A DNA stretch of 62,041 bases, the filler included, from Chiloscyllium plagiosum (taxonomy: Eukaryota): NCBI RefSeq assembly GCF_004010195.1. It is 4 parts of one record of this genome, joined end to end, with 100 filler letters (N's around TTAATTAATTAA, not from the genome) between each part and the next. Parts side by side here need not be neighbours in the genome. Positions count along the whole stretch, not along the records: positions 1 to 26,360 come from NC_057713.1; 3 more parts are not named here. One strand, 5' to 3'. Both the position numbers and the translations under genes were made by a program. Position 1 is the stretch's first letter. Every line of letters begins with the position of its first letter. The notes beneath the pieces were generated by a model. That model worked only from the letters and a program-made list of their open reading frames with translations. It made no database searches and was not told the origin of the DNA. This document shows positions 1 through 12,711 of the stretch, piece by piece.

Positions 1-130
1 GGTGCGGGGTGTGGAGGTGTGGGGTGTGGGGTGTGGGGTGTGGAGGTGTGGGGTGTGGGGTGTGGGGGTGTGGGGTGTGGGGTGTGGGGGTGTGGGGGTG
101 TGGGGGTGTGGGGTGTGGGGGTGTGGGGGT
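1..130 (+). repeat. G-rich simple tandem repeat, (GGGGTGT)n with 8-mer variants
   Basis: Directly visible degenerate GGGGTGT/GGGGGTGT/GGAGGTGT units; truncated by the window edge. Confidence 0.95.
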
Positions 131-210
131 GAGGTCTCAGACAGTTTAATTGGAAAGTTTGATATTGGCTCCCAGAGGATCACTGCATCTGATGCAACCA
201 AATAAAATTG

Positions 211-505
211 ATTGATTTTAGATTACTTCCAGTATGGAAACAGGCCCTTCGGCCCAACATGTCCACACCGACCGGCAACCCACCCATACCCCTACATTTA
301 CCCCTTACCTAACACTACAGGAAATTTAGCATGGCCAATTCACCTGACCTGCACATATTTGGAATGTGGGAGGAAACCGGAGCACCCGGAGGAAACCCAC
401 GCAGACACGGGGAGAATGTGCAAACTCCACACAGTCAGTCGCCTGAGGCGGGAATTGAACCCGGGTCTCTGGCGGTGTGAGGCAGCAGTGCTAACCACTG
501 TGCCA
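211..505 (-). mobile_element. HE1-type V-SINE (tRNA-derived)
   Basis: Minus strand reads GGCACAGTGGTTAGCACTGCTGCCTCAC...CCGGGTTCAATTCCCGCC (A/B boxes), V-domain CTGCGTGGGTTTCCTCCGGGTGCTCCGGTTTCCTCCCAC and a HER1-like tail. Confidence 0.92.
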
Positions 506-514
506 CTGTTACGT

Positions 515-1345
515 TTCCCGAAGTACAGTGAAAAGCTTTGGTTATGAGCAGTACAGGCAGGTCATAGTAAGGATGTACAGAGTGGAGAGACTTAGACAGA
601 GGCAGACAGGTTGCATTGCACAGGGTGTGGGCGAGAGCAACATTAGCAACAGGAGTATTATTTGAAGTTAGAGAGCCCATTCGTCAGTCTAATACTGAGC
701 CAGGAAGAAGCTGTTCCTGAGCCTGTTGGAGCATGTGATCAGGATTCTGTATTTACTGCCTTACGGAAGGGGTTGTAGAAGATTGTTAACAGGGTGGGAG
801 GGGTTTTTGATGATGTTGGCGGCAGTGGGCCATCTATATGGAGTCCATGGATGGAGGTTTGGCTCTGTGACAGTCTGGGCTGTGCACACAACCTCCTGTA
901 GGTTGTTACAGTCCTGGGCAGAGCAGTTACCGTACCAGGCTGTTATCCACCCGCGTTTAAAAACACGTTGCTGGAAAAGCGCAGCAGGTCAGGTAGCATC
1001 AAAGGAGCAGGAGAATCGACATTTCGGGCATAAGCCCTTCTTCAGGGCTGTGTTTTCCCAGCAACACATTTTTAAGCTCCGATCTCCAGCATCTGCAGTC
1101 CTCACTTTCTCCCTGTTATCCACCCGGACAGTATGCTCTGTAAATGTTGGTGAGGGTCCTTATGAACATGCTAAATTTCCTGAGTCTCATAAGGAAGTAG
1201 AGTTGTTGCTGTGCCTCTTGACCATCGCATCTACATGGGAAAGCCAGGACAGGCTCTCGGTTGGCGTCACTCTGAGGAACTTGACGCTCTCCATCCTTTG
1301 AACCTCAGCTCCGTTGATATAGATGGGGGTGTGTCCTCCTCCTTT
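515..1345 (-). mobile_element. Rex1/Babar-type LINE 3' fragment, decayed, interrupted by a PLE insert
   Basis: Peptide HTPIYINGAEVQRMESVKFLRVT..LSWLSHVDAMVK resembles the post-RT region of the Rex1 copy at 33 kb; tail motif CAGTGAAAAGCTTTG. Confidence 0.75.
954..1112. mobile_element. PLE terminal-repeat foldback insert (family A) with 14-bp TSD
   Basis: Minus-strand pLTR piece fused to a plus-strand pLTR end; flanked by CTGTTATCCACCCG at 940-953 and 1113-1126. Confidence 0.85.
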
Positions 1346-1626
1346 CTTAAATATTATGTCCTCCTTCAAAAGTCAACACTCATGGAGGCAGAGAGAAATC
1401 CCCAGGAGAGGAAATCCCGAGACAGTCACTTGTCCAGACCTCAAATATTTATTGTATTCCTCATTTACACTCTCTCCAAGACCTGAGACAACACACGTGC
1501 TCAACTTCATCTCAAAAGACTAAGAAGGTCATTTGTAATTCAATGAATTATTGCTTTTTGAGTCAGGGTCAACTTTCTTTGCTGAAAGGACTGATTGGGG
1601 AGCGAGGAGAGACTCCCTACTCTGCT

Positions 1627-2145
1627 GTAGGCCTCTTCTGGAATATTGTGTTCAGATCTGGTCTCCCTGTTACCGGAAGGATGTTATTAAGTTGGAGCGG
1701 GTTCAGAAGAGATTTACCAGGATGTTGCCAGGGATGGAGGGTTTGATTTACAAAGAGAGGTTAGATTGGCTGAGACGTTTTTCAATGGAGTGTAGGAGGG
1801 TGAGGGGTGACCTTATAGAGGTTTGTAAAATCATGAGGAGTATAGATAGGATTAATGGTAGGCGTCCTTTCCCGAGGGTCAGGGGTTTCAAGACTAAGGG
1901 GCACATTTTTAAGGTGAGAGGAGAGGAGGTGAGAGGTGAAAAAGACATAAGAGGCAAAGGTTCACACAGACGGTGGTTCACGTATAGAATGAGCTTTCTG
2001 AGGAAGTGGTTGATCTGAGTACATGTTTAAAAGATATTTGGGTAAATACATGAATAGGAAAGGTTTGGAAGGATATGGGCCAGGAGCAGGTAAGTGGGAC
2101 TGGTTTAGGATTCTAGTTGGCACAGACTGGATGGACCGTTTCTGA
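1627..2145 (+). mobile_element. CR1/HER1 LINE 3' fragment
   Basis: RPLLEYCVQIWSPCYRKDVIKLERVQKRFTRMLPG...RGDLIEVCKIM, the CR1 ORF2 C-terminus, followed by a HER1-like 3' UTR. Confidence 0.92.
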
Positions 2146-2929
2146 AGATCCATATACACCAAGCGGTGTTCTGGTATTGTACTCGTGCTTGCACGCTCAG
2201 TTTCTTATCTGCTACCCAAATAAGAAAGGAAAAATTAAAGGGAACACGGCCAGGCTCTATGTAACCGAATTATTAAGAGGGCCCCGTGCAGTTTGGAAAC
2301 ATTAAAATCATGTGACAAACACATGCCAAAGATACACAAACAATGGAAACATATTTGAGAACAAGTCACTATAGACTGTGTACTGAGGGAAGATTGTATT
2401 CAAGGCAAGAGGCATGCAAGAATATTTCCTTCAAAATCTGTAAAAATCCATTATACATGAGACCATTAGAATCACAGTTCCCAGAGCATTATTGACATTC
2501 TTGTACATTTCTTCTGTGGGAGGATGTTTTCATCAGAATGTACTCATTTCAAAGTCTTGAATTGTTTTTCCTACTAAATAAAAAAAAAGGGGACAGTGCC
2601 CATTTTCCGTCAAAGTTGATGGACTACAAATGAAATTGTAGGATTATGTAGAAGGTGGCATTTCTGAAAATGCTGTTTATGATATTATCAAACTCTAGTT
2701 ATCACAAAGGAATAATCAGCCTTTTGATCAAACCGTGGTTCAGCACTTGAATATGATTGAGAAAGGAAAGACAGGTTCCTGGAGATTTTCTTGTCTTGCG
2801 TTCATCAGGACAGAATGGCAAGAATGCCAAATCTCAAAGGGAACAACAATTTATACAGCATGAGAAGGAAGTGCTTATTCGCCAATCAGCAATCTACCTT
2901 GACTGTGCTGACTGTCTTCTGTTCCCATG

Positions 2930-3110
2930 ATGTGGAGGTATCAGTGTTGGACTAGAGTGGACAACTCAGAAGTCACACGACACCAAGTTATCGTCCAACA
3001 GGTTTATTTGAAATCACAGGTTTTCAGAGCGCTGCCCCTTTGTCAGGTGAAGCTTATGATCTCAAATAAACCTATTGGACTATAACCTAGCGTCGTGAGA
3101 CTTTTGATTC
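2930..3110. mobile_element. PLE terminal-repeat foldback insert (family C), decayed
   Basis: Inverted arms TATCGTCCAACAGGTTTATTTGAAATCA / TGATCTCAAATAAACCTATTGGACTATA; same family as 27180-27390. Confidence 0.65.
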
Positions 3111-3884
3111 AGTCCCCATAGGCCTACAAATATTACTTCTTTTCCAATTTTCCTCTTGAAAATTATCATTGAATCTTCTTCCACCACCCTTCCAGTCAAC
3201 ACACCCCAGATCATTGAACAAAAGCCATTTCCTTCACTGTAATCACTGCTTATTTTAGCAATGACTTATAAATCTGTATCTGCTGGCTACTCACCCTCCT
3301 GATACTTCTCATTTACTTGACCCAGACCCTTCATAGTTTGGAATGCCTGTGTTCCTCACTATCTCACCTCCTGTAACCTTCCCTGTTCAAAGCAAGGCAA
3401 TCTCTTATCTACTTCTCTAGCTATTGCTTTCCTTATCTAACAGCTCGTGGTCAGAAAATTGTTTTTATTTGGTGAGGAATGACATCGCAGCAGAATGTAT
3501 CTTTAGTGGAAATGATGCATCTTTGCGACATTAGCAACTCCATCATCCGAGACCACAATTAGAGGACACTTCATAAAACAAGCTAATACTTGACAATTCG
3601 GGTCTCTTAATGGCACTGTCATTAGTTGGTGATAATCTTCAATGGTGATGGGAGATATTAAAAGAATCGCACAGTTTAAGTTTAGTCCTTTGGATGCTAA
3701 AGTGCATCAAACTGTGACCTGGAGTGTCACAGGATTCCCAGTGTGGAAACTAACTCAGCTAATCCATGCAAATCTTCAAACCTGGCCGTGCACCAATCCA
3801 CATCGCTCCGTCACTTCTTCCTGCTATTTCTTCCTTCCTCGTGTGCACATCCAGCTTCCTCCAAAATCTCTGCTGAGTCCAGCT

Positions 3885-4165
3885 CCACAGAAATATAGGG
3901 GATAGGAGCACGAGTAGGCCATTCGACCCCTCAAACCTGCTACACCATTCAATATGATCAATACCCTAATCCCCACCCCACACACATACCCACCTCCCCA
4001 CCCCCCCTCCCCCGTACACTTCGATCTCTTTAGCTCTAAGAGCTATATCTAACTCCTTCTTGGAAACATTTAATGTTTTGGCTTCAACTGCTTTCTGTAG
4101 CAGAGAATTCCACAGGCTCCCCACTCTATGGGTGAAGACATTTCTCCGCACCTCAGTCCGAAACA
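3885..4165 (-). mobile_element. CR1 LINE 3' end
   Basis: FRTEVRRNVFTHRVGSLWNSLLQKAVEA..FKKELD-like C-terminal motif and CR1 tail. Confidence 0.85.
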
Positions 4166-4440
4166 ACCCACCCATCAGGTCCACACCCCCCACTAGCCTA
4201 CACCCCCACCTCTGGCACCTTTCCCTGTCACCCCAGGGAGTGTAAAACCTGCGCCCACACCACTCCCCTCACCTCCACCCAAGGCTCCAAGGGATCCTTC
4301 CACATCCATCAGGAATTTACCTGCCCCTCTACCAATGTCACCTCCTGCATCTGTTGCACCCGGTGTGGTCTCCTCTACTTCGGGAGACAGGACACCTTCT
4401 TGCGGACTGTTTCAGAGAACATCTCTGGGACACCCGCACT
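4166..4440 (+). mobile_element. Neptune-type Penelope element fragment: Cys-rich linker and GIY-YIG endonuclease start
   Basis: Translates as PGTFPCHPRECKTCAHT..FTCPSTNVTSCICCTRCGLLYFRETGHLLADCFREHL. Confidence 0.8.
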
Positions 4441-4745
4441 AGCACTGCTACCTCACAGCGCCAGGGGCCCAGGTTCGATTCCAGCCTCAGGCGACTGTCT
4501 GTGTGGAGTTTGCACATTCTCCCTGTTCCAGTTTCATCCCACAATCCAACGATGCACAGATTAGGTGAACTGGCCATGCTAAATTGTTCCATAGCGTTCA
4601 GGGGTTATGTGGGTTAGGTGTATTAGTCAGGGGTAAATCTAGAGTGATAGGGGAGGGGGAATGGGTGTGGATGGGATACTCTTCAGATGGGTTGGTGTGG
4701 ACCTGTTAGGCCAAATGGCCTGTTTCCACACTGTAGGGCTTCTAT
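4441..4745 (+). mobile_element. HE1-type V-SINE
   Basis: AGCACTGCTACCTCACAGCGCCAGG..GGTTCGATTCC, V-domain remnant, tail GGCCTGTTTCCACACTGTAGG. Confidence 0.88.
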
Positions 4746-4911
4746 AATTCGCAGGGATGAGATTGCCGACAGCTCAGACATGCATGGTAAAATAAGGCTG
4801 AGTCAGCACAGCTTCATCAAGAGGAGGTCATACCCGACCAGTCTGTTAGAATTCTTTGAGGAGGCAATGAGCAAGTTAGACAAAGGAAAGCCAGGGGACA
4901 TGATCTATTGG

Positions 4912-5155
4912 GATTAGATTAGTTTCACTACAGTATGGAAACAGGCTCTTCAGCCCAACAAGTCCACACCGACCCTCTGAAGAGTAACCCACCCACACCC
5001 ATTCCCCAACCCTACATTTATCCCACCCTGCACATCTTTGGATTGTGGGAGGAAACGGGAGCTCCCAGAGGAAACCCAAGCAGACACGGGGAGAATGTGC
5101 AAACTCCACACAGACAGTCCCCCGACGTTGGAATCGAACCGGGTCCCATGCTACC
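4912..5155 (-). mobile_element. HE1-type V-SINE inserted in a plus-strand CR1 RT fragment (about 4750-5270)
   Basis: HE1 body on the minus strand; flanks read QHSFIKRRS..SLLEFFEE..IYWD and KDFDKVSH, which are contiguous CR1 RT motifs. Confidence 0.85.
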
Positions 5156-5338
5156 CCTGAAGGATTTCCTGAAGGACTTTGACAAGGTGTCACACTGGAG
5201 GCTCTAAACTAATATGACCCCATGGTATTAGGGACAATGCATTGGCATAGATAGAGGATTGGCTGACTGCAGAGATTATGCCCACTGTTCCTAGACAACC
5301 TTTTCACATCCACCCTGTCAAGTCCCCTAAGAATTGTG

Positions 5339-5622
5339 TATGCCTGCCTCTTCGTAGGAGCCATGGGCACCCGCATGGGCCCCAGCTATGCCTGCCTCTT
5401 TGTAGGATATGTGGAACAATCCATCTTCCGCAACTACACTGGCCCCACCCCCCACCTTTTCCTCCGCTACATCGATGACTGTATCGGCGCCGCCTCGTGC
5501 TCCCACGAGGAGGTTACCAACTTTCCTCATTCCTGAAGAAGGGTTTATGCCCGAAACGTCGATTCTCCTGTTCCCTGGATGCTGCCTGACCTGCTGCGCT
5601 TTTCCAGCAACACATTTCCAGC
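5339..5622 (+). mobile_element. Neptune-type Penelope fragment: RT core fused directly to the pLTR end
   Basis: AMGTRMGPSYACLFVGYVEQ..LFLRYIDDC (YIDD catalytic motif), then the hammerhead-bearing terminal repeat from about 5521. Confidence 0.85.
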
Positions 5623-6529
5623 TATGTTTAAATAGGCACCCCTCTCATCCTCCTCAACTCCAATGAGTATAGGCCCAACCTACCCAACCTCTCCTCATAA
5701 GACAGTCCTGGGATCAACCCAGTGAACCTTCTCTGGATGGCCCCTAATGCCAACGTACCCTTCCTTAGATAAGGGGCTCACAGTTCGCAGTGTTTCAGCT
5801 GGGCTCTGACTGGTGCCTTGCAAAGTTTTAGGAAATTCTCTCTACCTCCATACTCCATTCTCTTTGAAGTAAGGATCGACATTCCATTTGCCTTCCCTAC
5901 TACTGGATGTTTTCCACTTTAGGGAGGGAAATCTGCTGTCATCACCTGGACTGGCCTATGTGACTCCAGACCCACAGCAATCTGGTTGATGCCTTACATG
6001 CCCTGGGGCAATATATGTCACCAATGCCCACACCCATTAGTGAGTGAGTGAGTGAGTAAAAATAATTAGATGAGGAAAATGCGCAAGGGTCAGGTGCATC
6101 TGAAGCATTCAGGAGGCTCTTAGATTAATATTGGGATAGCAATAGTTTGAAAGGCTACAGGGAGATTGGCAGAAGGAATGCTGCTCCTTTGAAGAGCTGG
6201 GGCAGGCGTAATGGACCGAAAGGCCTCATTCTGAATTGTAACAATTCTGTGACCCTGCAAATAGCTACTTTACACAGCGAGTGGTTTAGCTCTGGAATGC
6301 TCAGAGCCAATTGTGGCTTGACACTCGACCAGCACTTACTTTTAATAACCTCCGTCCCATAGCTGCTGTCATTAGTCTTCCATTGTATTCACTGTATAAA
6401 TTGTCGCATTGTTCGGATGGCTGGAACAGCAGCCTTTCGAATCAAGGACGCTATTCCACTTTGAGTAAAAGAACAGACATAATTATCAGGGGAGGAAAAG
6501 GACAGATGAGTGGGACTGACCTCTGACGG

Positions 6530-6700
6530 CTAACATCCAAGGAGAGAAAGCAAGCTAACATTCGAGTTGAGATGATTCTTCATCAGAGCTTCAGCTAGAA
6601 ACGTTAGCCTTCTCTCTCTCCATGGATGCTGTCTGACCCGCTGTGATCAATTGTTTCCAGTATAGGTAACAGCATCTGCAGTAATTTGCTCCTACTCTCT
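6530..6700. mobile_element. PLE terminal-repeat foldback insert (family B variant), decayed
   Basis: Inverted arms CATCCAAGGAGAGAAAGCAAGCTAAC / GTTAGCCTTCTCTCTCCATGGATG; related to 55383-55548. Confidence 0.6.
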
Positions 6701-7504
6701 GAGGGATAGTGCTGGCTTGGTGGCTGAATGGCCTCCTAACAACTCTCTGATTCCACGCACAGGTCGGTTGCACTGGGATTGTATGCCCAGATGCTGCGAA
6801 TGGACGTATCGAGATTAACAGCTGCCTGTATAAATGCAGAGTGAAGGGTCAGCCAGTCAATTCCCCCCCTCAGGCACAATCTCCTCATCTCCTGTATTCA
6901 TGCATTTATCATGTTGTTTCTTTACTCAATCACATTAATCTTTAACTTGCTTGGCTGAAGTGAATTACAATTCTTAGGTTTGAACAGTGCAGGCTCTTGT
7001 ACCACATACTTACGTTGTCTGGCGCAATCTCGGTATTGTCACACAAAACAAGCCTGCATTGTTTGTAAATGGTGTTTGCTAAGGCTCTTTGTGCACTGTT
7101 ACACTGCTCCTCAGAGCCCTCTCATCATTCCAAGCATTCACATCCACAGAAACCCTTACGTGTTCCTGAGCAGATCAAACTGGCTTACTTCTCACTGTAA
7201 GCCCTTTTCCTGACACTGATGAACGTTTCCAAAGTGCGTTGCCAACAAATTGCTTTAGATTAATTTCCCCAAATTATCGCATGGAATTACAAGAATATTT
7301 CAGCACAGAAACAGGCCATTCAGCCCAAATGGCCCATGCTGGGGTTCATGCATTGCGTGAGCTTCCTTCCGATCTTCTTCATCTGTTGATCAAATCATTT
7401 ACTGTTTTATCCCCCATTTGTGTATTCACCTTCACCTCAAATTACATAACCTCCTAATTGTTATAGCGTAGAAAGAGACCAGTCAGCCCAATCCTGTCGG
7501 CCCT

Positions 7505-8135
7505 GGAGTTTAATCCATTCAAATGTGAGGTGATGCATTTTGGAAGGTCAAATGCAGATGGAAATTATACAGTGAATGGTAGAACGGTTAGGAGTAATGA
7601 TATGCAGAGGGATCTGGGTGTGCAGGCCCACAGATCACTGAAGGTGGCAGCGCAGGTAGGTAAGGTAGCAAAACTGGCCAATGGTGTGCTTACCTTCATT
7701 GGAAGGGGCATTGAGTATAAGGATAGACAAGAAAGGTTGGATAGACTGGGTTTGTACTCACTGGAATGCAGGAGGTTGATAGAAGTTTATAAGATTGTTA
7801 ATGGCATGGATAGGGTGGGAGTTATGAGGCTTTTTCCCAGGGTGGAGGGTCAATTACTGGGGGATACAGGTTCACGGGGTGGGGGGGCAGAGTTTAAAAG
7901 TGATGTGTGAGGCACATTGTTCACACAAAGGGTGGGGAGAGCCTGGAACACGCTGTCAGAGGAGATGGTGGAAGCAGCATTCAAGAAGCACCTGGACATA
8001 TAACTGGATAGGCAGGGAATAGAGGGATACGGATCCTGGAAGGGAAGACAGTTTTAATACGGAAGGGCAAAATGTTTCGACCCAGGCTTGGAGAGCCAAA
8101 GGGCCTGTTCCTGTGCTGTATTGTTCTTTGTTCTT
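7505..8135 (+). mobile_element. CR1 LINE 3' fragment with internal deletion
   Basis: KCEVMHFGRSN..QRDLGVQ..GIEYK joined to [21 protein letters not shown]1 tail. Confidence 0.88.
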
Positions 8136-8299
8136 TGATTCTCCAAAATGAGTCATTCACTCAGCACCATTCTCTTGTCTGCTGCCTCTGTCACACACAT
8201 TTTTCCTTTTCAAATAACACTCCAATTCCCCTTTGGATGCATCCATTGAACCTGCTGCCTTCACTATGCACTCCAAAGTATCTGATCCTTTGGCAATTT

Positions 8300-8545
8300 C
8301 TGCCAAACCCCTGACCACTTCCATCTAGATGGATGAGGGCAGTAGGTACGTGGGAACACCACCCCCTGCAGGTTCCTCTCCAAACCCCTCACCATTCTGA
8401 CTTGGAAATATATCACTGTTCCTTCACTGACATTGGATCAAAATCCGGGAATTCCCTCCCTAAGGGCACTGTGGGTCTACCTACAGTACGTGGACTGCAG
8501 CGGTTCAAGAAAGCAGCTCACCCCCCACCTTCTCAAGGGGACAGG
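8300..8545 (+). mobile_element. 3' end of a second CR1/L2-group LINE family (also at 12455-12712 and 19255-19445)
   Basis: Three dispersed copies of CAAGTTCCCCTCCAAG..GGGTCAAAATCCTGGAATTCCCTCCCTAA..GGACTGCAGCGGTTCAAGAAGGCAGCTCAC, with a WNSLP..FKK-type LINE C-terminal motif. Confidence 0.75.
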
Positions 8546-9664
8546 CAGCGACACCCACAAGCGACTGAATAGAAAGTAGCACCAAGTTCACATTCTCAGC
8601 TCTCTCTGGGCCCCTGATTTCTTTATTTGTTTGATTATATCAATGAGACCTTCACAAGTCAAACCATTTTCTCTACATCTAAGCCATTATTATTTTTGCT
8701 CTCTATAAATAACTCTTCAGTTAGCTTTCTAGATGGCCTCTTGTTTATTTATAGATACTAGCACATACCTTATTTTTAACCTTATTCTAACAAACAGCGC
8801 ACCACAGCTGAAATCTACCATTATTTGCTTCTTACCAGAACCTTTGATTATAACTTAAAATAAATTGAAGCAACCCACAGATTTTTATGGCCTGCTGTGA
8901 TGTTAGTCACGGACCTCCTGCATAGTCTGACTCTGACTACTTATGACCTTAAGCTAAATGGGAACACGAAGGTCATTGAACAGTATTTCTTTCTCAGTTT
9001 CCAAGCCAATTCTTTATCTTAGAAAGATATTTCCACTTTAACTTGCATGGACGCGATATCGTTAGAAAATCTCGTACTCTTATCGGCAACACAATATCCT
9101 TAAATCCGGATATCTGAGCAGGAGAAGTCAGGATTGGCACCTCAGGGCAGTCCAGAAAGATCACTGCATGAGTGAAGGTGCTGAATTGCAGTGAGGCATT
9201 AGAGAGGGAGGTCCTGGATACTCGAGTCAGCCATACAGTCATCCAACACAGAGGAAACTCTACAGCTTCTCATGTCAGTCCTGACTCTCACAGAAGATCA
9301 CAAGGTGCTCTCATGAAGAGCAGCGGGACTCTTGCTGTGTCCTGGCTAATGTTTCTCACCCAACCACCATCACTCATGACCTGGTTATTAGCACAGCCCC
9401 ACTTCAGGGAATCTCCTGACTGATTGATTGATTGATTGATTGATTTATTGCCATGTGTACTGATGTACAGTGAAAAGTTTTGTTTACAAGCAGTACAGGC
9501 AGACCATAGTAAACAAGGATGTACCAATCAGAGAGACCGAGACATAAACTTTTCTTCAGTGGCTATAGGTTAATCAATCAATCAATTCATTCTTGTAAGG
9601 CATTATAGAATGCCCTGAGGTCTATATAAATGCAAGTCCATAGCTTTTTGTTATTTATTTAAAT

Positions 9665-10585
9665 AATTTGGAAGTGAATGTAGGAAGTATGGTTAGTAAG
9701 TTTGCAGATGACACCAAAGTTGGAGGGGTAGTGGACAGGGAAGAGAGTTACCTCAGATTACAACAGGATCTTGATCAGATGGGCCAATGGGCTGAGAAGT
9801 GGCAGATGGAGTTTAATTTGGAAAAGAAAATCAGGGCAGGACGTATATACTTAATGTCGAAGAGTGTGTTGCTGGAAAAGCACAGCTGGTCAGGCAGCAT
9901 CCGAAGAGCAGGAGAATCAATGTTTCGGGTATAAGCCCTTCAATTCCTGATGAAGAGCTTATGCCTGAAACGGCCACTCGCCTGCTCCTCTGATGCTGCC
10001 TGACTGATTGTGCTTTTCCAACACCACACTCTTTGACTCTGATCTTCAGCATCTGCAGTCCTCACTTTCTCCTTATACACTTAATGGTAAGGTCCTGGGG
10101 AGTGCTGCTTAACAAAGAGACCTTGGAGTGTGGGCTCATAGCTCCTTGAAAGTGGAGTCACAGGTAGATAGGACAGTGAAGAAGGCATTTGGTATGCTTT
10201 CCTTTATTGGACAGAGCTTTGAGTACAGGAGTTGGGAGATCGTGTTGTGGTTGTACAGGACATTGGTTAGGCCACTGTTGGAATATTGCGTGCAATTCTG
10301 GCCTCCTTCCTATCGGAAGGATGTTGTGAAACTTGAAAGGGTTTAGAAAAGATTTACAAGGATGTTGTGGGTGGTGCACAAAAGGAATGAGCTGACAGAG
10401 GAGCTGGTTGAGACTTGTACAATGACAATGTTTAAAAGGCATCTGGGTGGGTAAATGAATAGGAAGGATTTAGAAGGATATGGGCCAAGTGTTGGCAAAT
10501 GGGACTAGATTAATTTAGGATATCTGGTCGGCATGGACAAGATGGACCAAAGGATCTATTCCTGTGCTGTATATCGCTATGACTC
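9665..10585 (+). mobile_element. HER1/CR1 LINE 3' fragment with nested PLE palindrome
   Basis: SKFADDTKVGG..WAEKWQMEFN..RPLLEYCVQFW; HER1 tail. Confidence 0.92.
9857..10071. mobile_element. PLE foldback insert (family A) with about 15-bp TSD
   Basis: Inverted pLTR arms; CGTATATACTTAATG (9842-9856) versus CTTATACACTTAATG (10072-10086). Confidence 0.82.
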
Positions 10586-11375
10586 AATAATTTCTTCCTT
10601 TCTTAAAGTTCTTTAGCCAGGTGTGTTTAATGCAAAATGTCTTGCCATTCGGTAATGGGATAATACCTGAAAATGCATCTTAGCACCACAGAAGAGGTTA
10701 GTCCCAGGTTTAACACACTTTAGCTGGTGAATTCAGTCTGGTCAAGTGTTAGTAATTAGCATTTCCAAAGTTCTAAAGTTCCATAGAATCTTACAGCACA
10801 AAGGAACCCATTCAGCCCAATGTGCTTGTTCTCGTCCTTTGAAAGAGTTCTCCACTTAGTTCCACACACGCCCTGCTCTTTCCCGGTCTCCCGATAATAT
10901 TTTAAGCTTTGGGTATTTATCCAGTTCCCTTTTTGAAAGTTCGTCTTGACTGATCTCACTGCCCTTTCAGGCAGCGTGTTCCAGATCCTAACAACTCACT
11001 GTGTGAAAAGAAAAAGGTTCATGTCTCCACTCTCCTCAGGTTTTTCTGCCAATGATCTCAATCCCACCTTCATAAGGCCAGAACAACATAGGAACAGGAG
11101 TAAGCCATTCAGCCCCTTGAGCCTGCTCCCCCATTCACTAGGATCATGGCTGATTCCTCACACCCACCTTCCTGCCCTTTCCCTCGATTCCCCGACTGAT
11201 CTAGAATCTATCGATCTCAGCCTTAAATGTACACAAGGACTCTGCCCCCACAGCTCCCTGGGGCAAGGAATTCCAAAGACCCCCCAAAACCTCTGAGAGA
11301 AGAAATTCCTCCTCATCTCAGTCTGAAATGGGTGCCCCTTTATTCTGAGACTCTACCCTAGGTTCACAATCTGTT

Positions 11376-11601
11376 TAAAAACCAAAAAAACGGCGGGCGC
11401 TGTAAATCAGAAACTAAAACAGAATTTGCTGGAAAAGCTCAGCAGGTCTGGCAGCAGCTGTGAAGAGAAATCAGAGTTAACATTTCAGGTCCGGTGACCC
11501 TTCAATAAAACGGGGTCTGGACCCAAAATGTTAAAATTGATTTCTCTTCACAGTTGCTGCCAGACCTGCTGAGCTTTTCCAGCAACTTCTGTTTTTGTTC
11601 C
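11376..11601. mobile_element. PLE terminal-repeat foldback insert (family B)
   Basis: Arms GCTGGAAAAGCTCAGCAGGTCTGGCAGCAGCTGTGAAGAGAAATCA / TGATTTCTCTTCACAGTTGCTGCCAGACCTGCTGAGCTTTTCCAGC. Confidence 0.75.
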
Positions 11602-11609
11602 CAACCTAG

Positions 11610-12140
11610 AGTTATCGAGTCATAGAGATGTACAGCACAGAAACAAACCCTTCAGTCCAACCCGTCCATGCCGACCAGATATCCCAACCCAATCTAGTCC
11701 CACCTGCCAGCACCCGGCCCATATCCCTCCAAACCCTTTCTATTCATATACCCATCCAAATGCGTCCTTGTAAATCTTTTCTGAACTCTTTCAAGTTTCG
11801 CAACATTCTTCCGATAGGAAGGAGACCAGAAATGCACGCAATATTCCAAAAGTAGCCTAACCAATGTCCTGTACAGCCTCAACATGACCTTCCACCTCCT
11901 GTACTCAATACTCTGACCAATAAAGGAAAGCATACCAAACGCCTTCTTCACTATCCTATCTACCTGCGACTCCACTTTCAAGGAGCTATGTACCTGCACT
12001 CCAAGGTTGTTCAGCAACACTCTCTAGGACCTTACCAATAAGCGTATAAGTCCTGCTAAGATTTGCTTTCCCAAAATGCAGCACCTCGCATTTATCTGAA
12101 TTAAACTCCATCTGCCACTTCTCAGCCCATTGGCTCATAA
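11610..12140 (-). mobile_element. HER1/CR1 LINE 3' fragment with internal deletion
   Basis: LGVQVHSSLKVESQVDRIVKKAFGMLSFIGQSIEY..ERVQKRFTR fused to HLDGYMNRK; tail. Confidence 0.92.
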
Positions 12141-12711
12141 GACAATCCTCCATACAGGAACTATCCTAGTGAACCTACTCTGAACTGCCTCTAATGAAAT
12201 GATACCTCTCCTTCAGTAAGGGGACCAACACTGCTCTCAGTACTCCCGATGTGGCCTCACCAGCACCTTGTACAGTCACAGTAAGGCTTCTCTATTCCCT
12301 TCCAGCCAGTGGAAGCAGGTTCTCCTTATTTACTCTGTATAAATCCTTCATGATTTTGACCTTCTATTAAATAGCCACAGAAATTCTCTAAAGGGAGCAA
12401 CCTCAGCCTCTCCATCCAGTTGAATGTCTTCAGCCCAGGGGCCATTTTAGTAATTGCCCTTCGACAGCACCTTCCAAACCCACAACCACTTCCATCACGG
12501 AGGACAAGGGCAGCAGGTACATGGAAACTCCAGCCCCTGCAAGTTCCCCTCCAAGCCCCTCTCCATCCTGGAAATATATCACCATTCCTTCAGTGTCACT
12601 GGGTCAAAATCCTGGAATTCCCTCCCTAAAGGCATTGTGGGTCTACCTTCAGCACATGGACTGCAGCGGTTCAAGAAGGCAGCTCACTCCCACCTTCTCA
12701 AGGGGGCAACC

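Noticed and set aside
2..205. Gly/Val/Trp/Cys-rich ORF
   Set aside because: It is the translation of a simple repeat.
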